Positions 1 to 8,519 of a stretch of 8,519 nt of DNA are shown piece after piece. This stretch comes from Rotaria sordida (lineage: Eukaryota). The stretch is taken from the NCBI GenBank assembly GCA_905252715.1, contig CAJNOU010001932.1, positions 18,948 to 27,466 on the forward strand, written 5' to 3'. Every line of letters starts with the position of its first letter. Positions within the stretch are counted from its first letter, which is position 1. The notes beneath the pieces are model-generated. The model searched no databases, was not told where the DNA came from, and saw only the letters and a program-made list of their open reading frames with translations. The position numbers were made by a program, and so were the translations under genes.

Positions 1-10
1 GGTTATTGCG

Positions 11-80
11 CTACTCTCTACATACACAGGAACATTTAGAAACAATCGATTTTCTTCATTTTTGATAGCGTTTATTTTTA
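11..80 (+). repeat. Copy A of a diverged ~70-bp direct repeat
   Basis: ctactctctacatacacaggaacatttagaaacaatcgattttcttcatttttgatagcgtttattt aligns with 1782 onward (atactctctacatacatagcattatttagaaacaatcgattctattcattattgatagagtttattt). Confidence 0.75.
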
Positions 81-197
81 TGTAAAATTATAAGGACATC
101 TTTTTCATCATTTCGTCAGTCTAGGATCCAATGAATCAACATTGAATGTTGATGAACGTTACTTGTTTTATAATGATCAAACAAATTAAACGTAAAT

Positions 198-203
198 TTT
201 ATT
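198..203 (-). promoter_or_regulatory. Candidate polyadenylation signal AATAAA for the PARP gene
   Basis: TTTATT on the + strand reads AATAAA on the minus strand, about 130 nt past the TGA at 333-331. Such hexamers are common in AT-rich DNA. Confidence 0.45.
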
Positions 204-330
204 AAAAAAAATACACACTTGGTTAGTAAACTAACTAAATAGAAAGTATTTCTTGTTTTAAAAATATCATTCAAATAAGTATTAGTTAAGAATCGCAGTT
301 CTGTAACATAACAATTCTGATTGTCTATAA

Positions 331-590
331 TCATGCTTTATAAGTGATTTTCAAGTATGGCAAAGCTTGACCATATCGATAAACAATATATTCATTGGAT
401 CCTGCCAATGTTCCTACGACTGAATGAAATCCCAGTGGTGCCGCAACCAACTTTTGATTAGTCGATGCTTGTTTCGACTCGTTACCTAACGAAACTTTAG
501 CGTAAAACATAACACGTGTGCTACCAGGTGGATGAGCCCCCGTATACCCATGTGATTTCTTAGGATCATCAGCAAAATATGCACCACGAC
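331..590 (-). CDS. Terminal coding exon: C-terminal half of the PARP/ADP-ribosyltransferase catalytic domain, ending in TGA (not in the supplied ORF track)
   Basis: Hand translation of the reverse complement: (G)RGAYFADDPKKSHGYTGAHPPGSTRVMFYAKVSLGNESKQASTNQKLVAAPLGFHSVVGTLAGSNEYIVYRYGQALPYLKITYKA*. Acceptor 'acttttctttttgaacatttag|GTCGTGGTGC' at 591/590. Joining to the exon ending at 3223 restores the continuous motif GGNWG-RGAYFADDPKKSHGY in frame. Catalytic Y codon is at 579-577 and E codon (NEYIVYR) at 393-391. Confidence 0.92.
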
Positions 591-3222
591 CTAAATGTTC
601 AAAAAGAAAAGTATTAGTACGACCATCACTAATTCAAAAAATCCTGCAACTTTTATTATACACTAATGAGATTCGCCTAATGCGAAGGTCGTTATGAAAT
701 AGTTAAAGTTTTAAGATGAGCTCGAAGGGCCTCTGCACCTTATCTAACAAATAACAGTTCTTTAAACATAGTTCTGTTGAAATATAGATTTTCTAATCAC
801 ATCTCTTTCTCATCTAAGCAAGTCAAAAAAAGAATTCACTCGATCAATAGGCGTTTTTCATGGGACAGATTGATTATTTTTGACTTTCCTATTCTTTATT
901 TGTCTTTCCTATTACTATCTATACGCTTCATTCTTAATACAAAGGAAGAATGGTGAATCTTGGTCTAAAGAATTATATTTAGATTTTTGAAATTTTCAGT
1001 TTCGTTCGACTTTCAGAATCATACAATCAAAACACACCATTCCCTCTTGTCTAGTATTGCATTGATATGTGAAACAGACATTTCAACCTTGTTAGGGCTG
1101 CGCTGATAACCATTGTTTTTAGTTTCGATCCTGTAACGAATAGAATAGTCCCATACTGAATAAAAGTTTCGAGAGGCTGGTTTTTAATGAGTAAGACATT
1201 ACTCTCAGCTAGAATAACTAGATTATACACAGCAAAGCTAGACAAATGTGTATTCTTAAAAGGAATTTAATTTGTGTTGAAAACATCGAAATGTATCGAT
1301 GGTTAAAGCAGCTCTTCAAAAGCATCGTCGTCCGTCAAGAAGCGAATAGATTAACACACAAATGATACAGATATAGATAATGACGACAAAGGTATTGGTA
1401 TGTTTATGAAGTTCTATTTTTCGTCCTCGTTTTTGTGAATAACAAATAAATATAACACAGAATTTGTGTATAAAAAGTTGCTGAATCGAGCAACAACTTT
1501 TTGAGTCGTTCGAAAATATATTTACAACTTCTGATCATCTGATTTTCAGCATTATATATATATATGCCTTTTTCCCAGCACTTCAGAATAACTTTGTGCC
1601 TAATCTGAGCTGCAATATTTTCAGGAAAAAAACGAGTAACTTCTACAGAAATAGCCGAAAACTAGACAATTAACAGTGTAAATGTAAAGGTTTAAAATCA
1701 CACTGAACAATGTGTACAAAGTTTTTCCCATAGAATATACTTGTTTGTCACAGATATTAGTAAGAAATGACGTATATTGAGATACTCTCTACATACATAG
1801 CATTATTTAGAAACAATCGATTCTATTCATTATTGATAGAGTTTATTTACATTAGTATTTGTGCTTTTCAAAATGGGTTAATACAGCTAAATTAAATCAA
1901 TACGTTTCAGTATGTGACATGAATATATCGACTACTTCAAAACAGAATATTTGTAAAAGACACAACACCTACACAAACCCTCATAGTGAGAGGAGTAACA
2001 AACATTAATCTCGTAAATCTAAAATATAAGCTGTTCATAGTCTAACATAAGAAAAATATAAAAGACACATTTTCGATAAGTTTTGGTGTATAAAAATCTG
2101 TTTTCAAATTCTCAGCTAAATGCTAAGCGAATTAGGATACTTGTAATTTATATAAACACCATAAACACGACTTTTAAAAGCATCGAAGAATTATCTTCAC
2201 AAATATCCAATTTGAATAAGTGCTAGAAGACTGCTGCTTCACTTAAAATCGGGAATTTCTTAGAATCACCGTAAACATTGAGGAGCAACCATTAGTTTTA
2301 CACCAATACTCATAAACTGTCTTCTGACAGCTACGGGTCCTGATCTAGACTCACTTTTTTCTTCCGTATTTTTATCATCAACATTGGAAAAGTGGGCAAA
2401 AAAAAGGAGAAAACTTCATAAACATCGAATCAGACTATACTGACAACCTGAAACCATTCAACGTGCATCGACTACTCATACCCGGCACAATCACACTTCA
2501 CATGTTGGTGTCTGATTCCAAGTATCTGCTCAAGCATTTAGAGAGTAAACACGTTATCTTGATTCTCACCGTCATCTACCATTAAAACAGATAGTCGAAT
2601 CATTGAGAACATTACTTTTAATGAGCCAAATGTTCATGTCTTTACAAATACTTCGTGAAAACTTTTGTATTAGTTAAGATCAAAAGAATCTAATTCTGAG
2701 ATTCGGTATTAGAGAGAGCCATAAGAAGAATGGAAGAAGTTATTGGACAGAAAAGTAAAGTAGAAGAGCCAATCGAATAAAGAGGTTATCAATATACACA
2801 ATACTTGGTGAGTGAGTGTAACGTGAAACTCATTCACTATGTAGAGATCCGAGTGTTCCAAAGAGTCAATTTTATCGCGTAATTTTCTACGAATCTTAGC
2901 CAAACAAATAATGATCAGTCATGAATGTTAATCATTTATAGGCATTTTGGCTGAGATTTTGAAAAAGGGAACAAAAATTGGCTTGTTAAATAATTCATAT
3001 TTCTGTATGGAATATCTAGAGAAAGACATCGTTTTAACCTAGAGATATTTCCAAAGGCATATTATCTGAGTCCAGTCTCAGTTCGACAACGATTATATAT
3101 TTCGAAAGGCTCTCTCATTAGGCAGCAAGTTATGTTACAACTGTTCACCGATATGATCAAATTATTCAAAAGAAAACAAACTTTCTAGGTGTAATACATC
3201 TATTGTGCTTCCAATTTCTTAC
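591..3222 (-). other. Intron (2632 bp) splitting the PARP catalytic domain between His and Tyr of the active site
   Basis: GTAAGAA donor at 3222 and pyrimidine-rich ...TTTAG acceptor at 591. The flanking exons join in frame within a conserved PARP motif. No strong internal coding region seen. Confidence 0.85.
1781..1850 (+). repeat. Copy B of the diverged ~70-bp direct repeat, inside the 2.6-kb intron
   Basis: Same alignment as copy A. Shared cores: 'actctctacataca' and 'atttagaaacaatcgatt'. Confidence 0.75.
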
Positions 3223-4278
3223 CCCAATTGCCACCTGTACTGAAATAGCGATCATCAAAACCGTTATCTCGTATACCATCGATTGCTTCTCCACTTGTAC
3301 CATGAAATAGTTCACGTTCATTCGGATCGAATCCTGTACATTGTTTAGCAATAATTTTTTTCATTGCTTCATATTGATCTTCCAAAAGTGGATTCTTTAT
3401 CTGTTCAATCGATATGATTGTTACATTTCCTATATTTTTCATTTGTGCTTCCACAGTTTTATATAATTTATCTGATGATGGTAAACGTACTAGAACAGAC
3501 CAATATTTTGGGTCTGGATTCGGCACAACTAAGAACGGTTGTCCTATTTGTGTCCAATGACGAATATTTACCATTTTGTCAACACGCTGCTCGACATTAG
3601 TATCAATCGGACGAAGTATTTGAAAGCGTTTATTCTTAATATTATCGACAATAGTTTCAAGTTCAATGAAATATGGTCTTTGTTGAATATCAACACGCAT
3701 TGCTAATTCATGTGTATAATCTTTTTCCAATGATAAATTATTTACATCGAAATCAATACGATCATGTGTTAATGCCACATGTGGTTCAATTAAATCCATT
3801 GTATATGGACCTGTTGGAACATCTTCATCAATCAACAAGACATATCTCCAATCTTGTCGAAAGACTCTGCATGCTATATTATATTTGTGCAATTCATCTT
3901 GAAATTTCTCAATATCAAAGTAACAATGTGTCGGTAAATGACAATCTAAATCCGCTGGAACGACTTCTCTGTTCATATATGGTAGGTTATTCACATAGTC
4001 AATCCAGTCTTTCGGACTTGGTAATGGATTAGCTGGTCTTGATATATAATTTCCAACAACCCAATCACGTACAAAACCACCTTCAAGTTTGCAAGAAAAT
4101 TTACAAACAGCTATCCAAGCGACAGCTTCCATTCGTGTTTCACGAGTTGCGTTTGGACCTTTGATACTCTTGTACAACTCTACAGGTGTTCGTTTAGGAT
4201 CGGTAATATGAGAAATTCGTTCTTCAATATCATGATATTTTGCGCGCACTTGGGGACGAAAAACACGTGGAGGAACAC
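3223..4278 (-). CDS. Internal exon: CCA-adding/poly(A)-polymerase-like nucleotidyltransferase head domain followed by a linker and the first half of a PARP catalytic domain
   Basis: Track ORF 3200..4249, whose 'M' is really a GTG; the open frame extends upstream as ...VPPRVFRPQVRAKYHD. NTase-type motifs: 'EGGFVRDWVVG' (about 4052-4084), 'PADLDCHLP', 'RIDFDVNNLSL' (cf. RRDFTINAL). PARP start: 'NPLLEDQYEAMKKIIAKQCTGFDPNERELFHGTSGEAIDGIRDNGFDDRYFSTGGNWG'. Acceptor 'tattctatttag|GTGTTCCTCC' is at 4279/4278 and donor 'AAT TGG G|gtaagaa' at 3223/3222. Length 1056 nt = 352 codons, phase 1 at both ends. Confidence 0.88.
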
Positions 4279-4336
4279 CTAAATAGAATATAGTATTGAG
4301 TTGTACTGTAAATCAAATTGAAAATCATATACATGG

Positions 4337-4357
4337 GAAGAAAAAAAATTTTTCTTC
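4337..4357. repeat. Short A/T hairpin GAAGAAAAA-AAA-TTTTTCTTC
   Basis: Perfect 9-bp arms with a 3-nt loop, about 60 bp upstream (minus sense) of the NTase exon acceptor. Confidence 0.5.
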
Positions 4358-4376
4358 TATTTCTAGAGTATCTGTC

Positions 4377-4401
4377 TATTTATTTATTTAGTTTATTTAT
4401 T
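4377..4401 (+). repeat. (TTTA)n-type imperfect microsatellite
   Basis: ctatttatttatttagtttatttattc. Confidence 0.6.
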
Positions 4402-5447
4402 CGTTACGGTAAGTTAATGTTCACACTTTTTAATTGGCCATTATTATAATCGTATAACGATCATTCACTAAGTCTTATTGTTTCTGATTCATATTTATAT
4501 GGTAGTAATAAGGTAGAACTTGATATGTCCTCGTCAACACTTCATCAATTCATTCGAAAGGTTTTTACTCAAAACGGAATTTTTTTTTAAATATTAATGT
4601 TTTCTTTTTTGTCTTCAATAAACAGTTATATGCTATATTGAATAAATAGATATTTTGCTTAATCATATTATTTTGATATCTATAACTTCCTTGCCCTCTT
4701 ATAAAGATAGTTTTCTGTTTCAGCTTAATTATTACTATTATTGTATTAGTATGTAAAAAAATTACACAGACTACAACAGATGGGTAGACCAAGTCTCCGA
4801 AAAGTTGACCTATTTGAATCTCTGGAATCCGGCGAATGAACCATTGGCGTAACCAGGGTTTTGTCTAAGGACGAGAGACAGAAGGACAGCGCCTCAAATA
4901 GTTTATAAAGGAGGGTCAATCAGCTTACGAAGGGAGCTCAAATGGTGAATGGAATATTGAGATGGCTGACTCCCCAGCACGACCTCTGCGTACATGATTG
5001 GAATCAATCCTCTACTCATCGAACAGTAGAATAAACTGTGTCTCATACATACACCAGTCACATTCATAGAGCTGTGGAACTAAACATATGGAACCGAGGG
5101 ACAGAAAAACAAAAACATATCATACCGAACATGCGTAACATGGAAACCGAGCTGCTGGCCTGGACATAATGAAATATTAATTTTCGTAGTAGTAAAGTTG
5201 AAAATTTTGTTCAACAACTTTTGTCGCTTATCATTGGTAAACACTCTTATAGGAAAAAAGTGAATAAATAAAGGAGAGAAGACAACAGCTATGAATAATT
5301 TTTTTAGCAGAAAAACAGGAAATAGTGCCATTGTTTAGTTGAAAGGTAAAACTCTCTTCTTTTTTTCACAATTTCTTTTTGAGAAACAATTTATTTACAG
5401 CTACATCAACTAATGATGGTTGTACTTTATTAATCTCTCATGCTTAA

Positions 5448-5693
5448 CCCTTTAACGTGTGGTGGGACAAATATGTCCCACTTTTTTGTTTTCGATCGCA
5501 GCACTATGATAAACTAAGATCAATGACGTTGATGGAAAGAACGATGATATTGCATAGACGGAATTAATTTCCGGTTATTCGAGTTCAATTAAAGGTGTTT
5601 ATCCGTTTCTTTAATAGGAAGATTTGAAGAAGACCACCACTAATTCTCACTTTCAAAAGAACCTTGACCATTCAAAATTCGCCCGTTAAAGGG
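5448..5693. mobile_element. Non-autonomous piggyBac-like element (MITE), 246 bp, flanked by TTAA target-site duplications (5444-5447 and 5694-5697)
   Basis: TTAA|CCCTTTAACG ... CGTTAAAGGG|TTAA. Perfect 10-bp terminal inverted repeats starting CCCTTT and the canonical TTAA duplication. No transposase ORF inside. Subterminal palindrome near the left end. Confidence 0.82.
5462..5481. repeat. Subterminal palindrome of the MITE: GTGGGACA-AATA-TGTCCCAC
   Basis: Perfect 8-bp arms with a 4-nt loop, immediately internal to the left terminal repeat. Confidence 0.85.
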
Positions 5694-5696
5694 TTA

Positions 5697-5817
5697 ATCT
5701 ATTTTAATATCATCAGATGCAAATTTTTCATAATGTGCTTCTTCGTTGGAATCATTAATATATGCTACCAATTTATTATCAGCTCTTTCTTCAATCGTTC
5801 TATTTTTGAGTTTCCGG
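5697..5817 (-). pseudogene. Possible orphan exon or gene-fragment tail within the intron, 40 codons plus a stop that is formed by the MITE's TTAA
   Basis: Minus-strand open frame RKLKNRTIEERADNKLVAYINDSNEEAHYEKFASDDIKID*, preceded by an acceptor-like 'tttggttgtttaacttag|C'. Composition is protein-like but no family is recognised. The phase (2) does not match the phase-1 donor of the helicase exon. Confidence 0.25.
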
Positions 5818-6227
5818 CTAAGTTAAACAACCAAACTAGTAGTTTTGAGAAAACTTTACTATGTAAGGTTATAGAATTTAACGAAAGTGAAAAACCAGAA
5901 ACATCAGCTGGAGGCACCTCGGCTCAAACCACGTCAAACTACAAAAGTAGCCTTTTGGCAGCTCTAGTAGGGAAAACATGGTATTTGACAGCAAGATACA
6001 GAACACATTATCAGGGACATGGCAGTTAAAGGATAGCGCTTAAACAGAAAACCATTTATACAGCATGCACGGGATCTGGTTACTTATTCACAGTCAAATG
6101 TTCAATTTGATTCTGATATAAAATTTCTAGCTGAGCTAGTAATAAGAAAGGAAACAATCACAGAATGATATTCAAAACACTTATCAACAATAACATAATT
6201 AAATCGATTGCTTGGTTTTTGACTTAC

Positions 6228-7436
6228 CTGAATTGGGATGTCGAATAACAGCACAATGTCCTAACCATCCCAAAAATGAATTGAATTCTTTTTTCACATT
6301 TTCATATTCCGAATCTCTGCCGACGACTTTTACTGTAATAGTTTTTGTTGATGTATTAGGATTAACAGTTATTTTGACTTGTTTCTCAGCTTCCCATCGC
6401 CAAGTCATTGGTTTAAATATTTGTGGCATTTTGATCACACTTTCCAAATTTCGTGATAAATTTATATATTCAGTTGAGTCTTTTAGAAACTTATTTTCTA
6501 ACGAAAATTCAGGTTGTTCAATAGCCAATTGTTGTAACAAATGTAATTCAGCGGTGAGAGAAGTTCCAGCACTACCGTCTAATAATAGATTTGTCTTGTT
6601 GGGTTTACTACTCGGATTTACTAGCATAGAAATTTTATGGAATTTTGCTTTTGCTGCTGTCAATATATTTTTATCATTTAGATGAGCTAATTCTTTGCTA
6701 TTTAATTCTACATTTCGTTTAAGTTGATAATCTACCCATTCTGGTTGAAGTTCACCGAGGAACGAAAGTACCGCTCTCGAACGAATCGAAGATGCATAAC
6801 GGATGTCTCTTGCCAAAACAACAGGGACAGGCGTCATACTTATGTGACGGGCAAGACTCGATTGTGAATCTAAGACAGCAATGTTTTCATCACTTGAATC
6901 ATATCGAACATAATGATGATTTCTTCGATATAGTTCTTTCAATGAAACAAATACATTTTCGTAATAACCAGCTAATAATGATTTAGCAATTGATGGCCAA
7001 TCACCAGATGTTATTTGTGATGGTCCATAATAATCTTTTGATGACTTAAAAGATCTTTCTAAAGTTTTATAGCGTCTTAATGCTTGTCGAAGAATATGTT
7101 GAATACTAGTTAGACCTTTCGTTTGGCAAATAAGTTGCAAATCATATGCTTTGCCTGGTACAGATTGACCAACACGCAAAACTTCTTGCATTACATTAAA
7201 CAATGTCATGAAGTCACCATCTGAACTTTTTAGATTTTGTGGGATTGATTTCAATAAAGCGGTTGTATTAAGAACACTTAGAATAGATGATATATAGATA
7301 AGATCACGTCCACAAGAATATTTCGTAAGAGCAGCCCATACGCATTTTGACATTGCCAATGAACCAAAATCGGGTAGTTTAGCAAGAGCTTCACCTTCTG
7401 CTGTAAATTTTTCACTTGGACTGGACTCCAAAATGC
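6228..7436 (-). CDS. Internal exon of a DExH/DEAH-box RNA helicase-like gene: helicase-associated (HA2) and OB-fold-like C-terminal region. The start is partial (5' exons lie outside the window) and it is spliced at both ends
   Basis: Long open frame (track ORF 6199..7431). HA2-like start 'FTAEGEALAKLPDFGSLAMSKCVWAALTKYSCGRDLIYISSILSV', OB-fold-like 'LARDIRYASSIRSRAVLSFLGELQPEWV'. On the minus strand the acceptor 'tctttttttaaaag|GC ATT TTG GAG' is at 7437/7436 and the donor 'CAT CCC AAT TCA G|gtaagtc' is at 6228/6227. The track's first 'M' is a TTG codon, and the last codons (KSKTKQSI*) are intron read-through. Confidence 0.85.
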
Positions 7437-8399
7437 CTTTTAAAAAAAGATAATTGAAAGCTTATGATCATGCATTCTTTATCTCAAAAATATAAAGATA
7501 GATATTAATTTCTATTAGGTAAATCCCCAAACATATTCTCAAAATTTGTCAGTTGATAGAGAATAGCTTCAAGAGTATATCTGGACTTAAGAAACATATT
7601 TTAAAAGTTCTTCAGTTTTCGATATGAATGTTATAATTAGTTGGTGAAATGTAGTTTGATAGAGAATTGTTCGCAGATATAATTTCATGCAAAAAAATAG
7701 TTTAAAAAATGACTTTTTTGAGTGGTTTTTGACAACTCATTGGGCCTTATGAACACTAATTAACGAGATTCTACCGTGTAAAGTAAATTTCCTGATGTCA
7801 ACATACATCGAAAGAACTTTTTGAACCTTATCGATTGTCGGACTGATTTCTTTCAGGAACTTCCATTTTGAAAAAAAATCGATGATAATCGAAACATTGT
7901 AAAAGTCAGCCCGTATTTTGCGACTTTAACCACTATATTTTTACTAACGACCAAAATCCATATGATATTCGGAATCGGCATCAAAAAGCTGAGACGAATA
8001 ATATATTTGTATCAAAACTTCATGTCGAACGGAGTCATGGACGAAATTCTTTGAAAAAACCCGAAGGAAGATACTTTCAGTCTAATGTGAAGTGAATTGA
8101 GACCTGGTGAACGCTACTTGTCGCTACTCAGTAACGTTCATCGGAGATCGATTCATTTCGATCGAGACTGAAAGATGAATGGAAGTTAATGCTAATAAAA
8201 TTGTTTAAAGAATAATTAAAGGCAGATTTGTGCTAAATATTCACCTTTTATCGGCAAAAGAATGTCATTGTGCGAGGTATGTTGAATTTGATGTTATGTA
8301 GAACCAATTTACAGAAAATATGACTTTAAAGAATTGCAGTAACATGCCTCTAGGTTTAAAATATGCAACACAACAGAGCTATTTTATAGGGGTCGCAGC

Positions 8400-8519
8400 G
8401 GGGGGGGGGGGGGGGGTCCGGAAAAGAAGGATTTTGAAAAGGAATTTTGGGGAGGAGAAGAGGGAAACCCGAGGAAAAGGAGGAAAAGAAGGGGAAGAAG
8501 GAGTTTTAGGAAGGCCTGC
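8400..8519. repeat. G17 homopolymer followed by a purine-rich low-complexity tail, a probable contig-end or sequencing artefact
   Basis: 17 consecutive G (8400-8416), then about 100 bp of almost pure A/G blocks (gaaaagaaggattttgaaaaggaattttggggaggagaagaggg...). The composition differs sharply from the AT-rich rest of the window. Confidence 0.6.

Larger units (their letters stand above)
4279..6227 (-). other. Intron (1949 bp) between the helicase exon and the NTase-PARP exon
   Basis: GTAAGTC donor at 6227 and TATTCTATTTAG acceptor ending at 4279. Both ends are phase 1, giving the junction ...RHPNS-G-VPPRVFRPQ.... An additional small exon inside cannot be excluded. Confidence 0.7.

Noticed and set aside
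116-334. Minus-strand 72-aa ORF MIIDNQNC...
   Set aside because: It lies in the 3' flank of the PARP stop codon and overlaps the exon end in another frame. It has an AT-rich composition and no motifs.
1553-1566. (TA)n run
   Set aside because: Short dinucleotide run, unremarkable in an AT-rich intron.
2712-3116. 9-bp inverted match gagagagcc / ggctctctc, considered as transposon termini
   Set aside because: Short, low complexity, no target-site duplication and no internal element structure. Expected by chance.
3673-4032. + strand ORF of 119 aa, and likewise 3418..3600
   Set aside because: Both are antisense shadows of the strongly supported NTase-PARP exon, with no recognisable domain.
5080-5331. 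Minus-strand 83-aa ORF MALFPVFLLKKLFIAVVFSPL..., and likewise 4565..4792
   Set aside because: The Phe/Leu/Lys-rich translation is typical of AT-rich noncoding DNA, with no supporting splice or family evidence.
5664-6029. + strand 121-aa ORF crossing the MITE end
   Set aside because: It starts inside the MITE and runs across its TTAA boundary into intron. There is no domain, and the low-complexity hydrophobic start suggests chance.
6212-6685. + strand 157-aa ORF and 6792..6986
   Set aside because: Antisense shadows of the helicase exon. The translations are low-information, and the first overlaps the conserved minus-strand coding region.
8146-8163. Small hairpin GATCGA-ttcatt-TCGATC
   Set aside because: Only 6-bp arms, with no associated element boundary or conserved context.
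1-8519. Bacterial or phage defence island, CRISPR array or RNA genes
   Set aside because: Spliced eukaryotic gene structure, long AT-rich introns and no spaced repeats or operon-like ORF packing. No tRNA or rRNA signatures were recognised by eye.

Overview
AT-rich eukaryotic (probably metazoan) window. The main content is the 3' part of one multi-exon gene on the minus strand. Three exons can be reconstructed by hand with canonical GT/AG sites. (A) 7436..6228: C-terminal part of a DExH/DEAH-box RNA helicase (HA2/helicase-associated and OB-fold-like region). (B) 4278..3223: a CCA-adding/poly(A)-polymerase-like nucleotidyltransferase head followed by the N-terminal half of a PARP (ADP-ribosyltransferase) catalytic domain, including the LFHGT histidine. 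(C) 590..331: the rest of the PARP domain (GRGAYFADDPKKSHGY...NEYIVYRYGQALPYLKITYKA*). Exon C is absent from the supplied ORF track. All three visible splice boundaries are phase 1 and join in frame, so exons A and B are symmetric modules of 403 and 352 codons. The predicted helicase + nucleotidyltransferase + PARP (H-Y-E triad) architecture is the most notable signal. The two introns are 1949 and 2632 bp. The first contains a well-supported piggyBac-like MITE (TTAA target-site duplication, perfect 10-bp terminal inverted repeats, subterminal 8-bp-stem palindrome) next to a possible small orphan exon. A diverged direct repeat links the gene's 3' flank to the 2.6-kb intron. The last ~100 bp (G17 plus purine-rich tract) look like a low-complexity or assembly-end artefact. 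No prokaryotic defence system, CRISPR array, tRNA or rRNA was recognised.
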